A DNA stretch of 63,796 bases, the filler included, from Octopus bimaculoides (taxonomy: Eukaryota): assembly GCF_001194135.2 (NCBI RefSeq). It is 6 parts of 4 records of this genome, joined end to end, with 100 filler letters (N's around TTAATTAATTAA, not from the genome) between each part and the next. Parts side by side here need not be neighbours in the genome. Positions count along the whole stretch, not along the records: positions 57,809 to 63,796 come from NC_068987.1; 5 more parts are not named here. One strand, given 5' to 3'. The notes under the pieces are model-generated. The model did no database searches. It was not told the origin of the DNA and worked only from the letters and a program-made list of their open reading frames with translations. A program made the translations under genes and the position numbers. Below are positions 61,570-63,796 of this stretch, piece after piece (position 1 is the stretch's first letter; each line of letters begins with the position of its first letter).

Positions 61570-61863
61570 TTGAAGGATATTCGTCCTCATCTTGTTTGTT
61601 GTTAACACAACGTCTCAGCCGTCATCAGGTGTCTTGGGGAAATTTCGAACCTGGCTTCTCATTCCTAAGGTATTTTTCGATGCTGTTATTGTTATTATTA
61701 TGGTTATTCAGGTCACTGCCTGGAATCGAACTCGGAATCTTGGGGTTAGTAGCCCACGCTCTTAACCACTACGCCATATGCCCTTGGCGTATTGGTTAAG
61801 AGCACGGGCAACTAACCCCAAGATACCGAGTTCGATTCCAGGCAGTGGCCTGAATAATAATAA
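61570..61863 (-). mobile_element. tRNA-headed SINE-like element carrying a hammerhead motif, with a head-to-head inverted duplication of its 5' end
   Basis: Minus strand from 61783: A box TGGCGTAGTGG, anticodon arm GGG-CTACTAA-CCC, B box GAGTTCGATTCC, AAT-rich linker, unique segment, then ACAC-CUGAUGA-CGGCU-GAGAC-GUU-GUGU at 61632-61604. A plus-strand inverted head lies at 61785-61863. Confidence 0.75.
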
Positions 61864-62049
61864 GAAGAAGAAATTAATTCTACCAGGTCAACTTCTCTAT
61901 TCACAAATAATACAGAGGAGAGTAAGTCGGCCCTTCCTTAATTTTTCTTAAGGTCAAGGTCACTGTTGCTGCTGTTTGTTGTTAATAGTAGTAGACATTT
62001 GAACACTTTTTGACCAATCAGATTTCCATCCGACTTGAAAAAAATATTT

Positions 62050-62062
62050 CATGAGCTGCACT

Positions 62063-62122
<60 letters not shown>

Positions 62123-62280
62123 TGCGGCTGCTGCCGCTGCTACAGCTACTGCCACTACTATTATTACTACTACTGATGCTGTTGCTGCTGCCACTACTAC
62201 TACTATTACCACTGCCGCTGCTGCTGATAGTGACATTGCTACTGCTACTACAACTGCTGCTGCTGATGATGCTAATGATG
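62050..62280. repeat. compound (CTA)n/(CTG)n triplet tract
   Basis: Seen directly. Confidence 0.95.
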
Positions 62281-62399
62281 GTAAATGTGGCCTCTGTATG
62301 AAATATATATATAAATAAAGAAATAACATTAAATAAAAAATAAAATGAATAAATAAATAATTTTTTGCTAAAAAGTGAAAATTTAGTAATAATTTAACT

Positions 62400-63740
62400 T
62401 TACTTAAAAGAAAAGAACCGCTTTTCCAATGGTTATTCTGGAAGCGCGCCTGTCAGGAGGCTATCAGCCTGACGGCAAAAACTATTCAAATGGCAGAATA
62501 ACTTTCCTGAATACGAACCTGGAAAGTCACTTAAACGGGATTTGTCCCAAATTAAGCCCCAAAATTTCACCACCACAAAGACCACAAAATCAAAAATGTA
62601 ATAGAACTAAATGGAACCGGGAAGAATATAAAGAGGAATTATATACGCTTATTATTTTGCATTAAGTAGGCCAACCTAAGAGAAAAACACCGCAAACTCT
62701 TACAGAATTTGGAGGAGCCGGAATCCCGCTAGCAGACCAAACCTGGATGAAAACAGATTAGGAAATGTTAGAAGAGATATCTTCAGAAATACCAGAGTCA
62801 CAGATGCAGAATTAACCTCTATTAAAAAAGTGGTAGAGAATGACCTAAATATAAGTCAGGAAAGAAATAACCAAGCAGAGGAGAGGAATGTTGGACCACA
62901 AGCATTGACTGAAAGGTGACCATCTGCCAAAACCACTCAAGAGCCTGAAAAAAAAAAGGAAAATATAATGACCCTAGAAAAAACAGCCAGGAAAATGATG
63001 TCGAAACAGAATTTGAAGACCACATATTTGCTGAACAACACAGAAAATCTATCATTGAAATGAAGCAATAAGTCCTGAATGAGCTTGCAGTTGTAGGGCA
63101 TACAAATATGAATGACAGGGAACCACTTCATAAACTCTCAAATGCACACCAACATAAAACACAAATAAAAAGTGGCAACTGTGTTACACAGGAAGTCATA
63201 CAACAACTAAAACCCGATCTTAATAAAGTAAATGAAATTATTCACTCTGTTGCTAAGGTAATCGAAAGACGCTGTTTAACACCCAAAAAGCAAACAATAC
63301 CAAATTCGAAAAGAAAATCAGACTGGAAGAGTAGAATTGAAACTGAAATTGAATCATTACGAAGGGAGATATCAATATTAACTAAGCTAATCACTGGAAA
63401 TGGTGTAAGATCAGGAAAAGGCAGAAAGATTGTGAGAAAATATGGACTCTCAACAAGAGAAGAACTAATGTCAGCGAAAGAAACACTTAAACAAAAACTT
63501 CAAGCAAAAGCTCAGAGAATNNNNNNNNNNTGTCAGCGAAAGAAACACTTAAACAAAAACTTCAAGCAAAAGCTCAGAGAATACGCAGATTTGAGAAAAG
63601 AATCAAATTCTACAAACAAAATCAGATGTTCAAAGCCAATGCCAAATCATTTTACAGGGAAATAGAGAAAGAAAAAATAACCATTGAAAATCCACCCCTA
63701 ATGGAAGAGTTGAAAACTTTTGGAAAAAGGATCTAGTCAA
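62400..63740 (+). mobile_element. 5' portion of an R4/Dong-like non-LTR retrotransposon (N-terminal region, disrupted)
   Basis: RTKWNREEYKE..YAYYFALSRP..NSYRIWRSRNP..DENRLGNVRRDIFRN..DAELTSIKK; DWKSRIETEIESLRREISIL; KETLKQKLQAKAQR; QNQMFKANAKSFYREI. Contains frameshifts and stops. Confidence 0.8.
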
Positions 63741-63796
63741 ATAGTTAGCCGAGACTTTTACAAAAGGTATCGCGACAGACATGATCACATCAAGAT

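Noticed and set aside
61705-61863. tRNA genes in an inverted pair; SINE heads as tRNAs
   Set aside because: A/B boxes are present but there is no proper acceptor stem; these are tRNA-derived repeat heads.

Overview
AT-rich, microsatellite-saturated eukaryotic (metazoan) DNA with many assembly gaps. I find no CRISPR array, rRNA, bona fide tRNA gene or confidently identifiable host gene. The SINE families and simple-repeat load resemble octopus/cephalopod genomes (inference from recall, not a database result). The window is a transposon graveyard. It holds seven RLE-type (R4/Dong-like) non-LTR relics, several RTE LINE relics, a SCAN-gag Gypsy element with LTR and PBS, MULE, mariner/Tc1, hAT and Chapaev-like DNA transposon relics, a Helentron/HINE-like element and two abundant tRNA-derived SINE families. 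The strongest signal not shown by the ORF track is about ten hammerhead-ribozyme-type motifs (CUGANGA...GAAAC-NNNN-GUH with closing stem I). Most lie in fold-back elements with Penelope-like architecture; two fold back exactly at the catalytic box, and one is carried by a tRNA-headed (Pol III) SINE-like unit. Second are RLE retrotransposons stacked in (TAA)n tracts, plus a distinct family sitting in (TACA)n. Third is a C4HC3 PHD-type finger embedded inside an RTE reverse transcriptase. All family assignments come from motif recognition by eye; no folding program or search was run.
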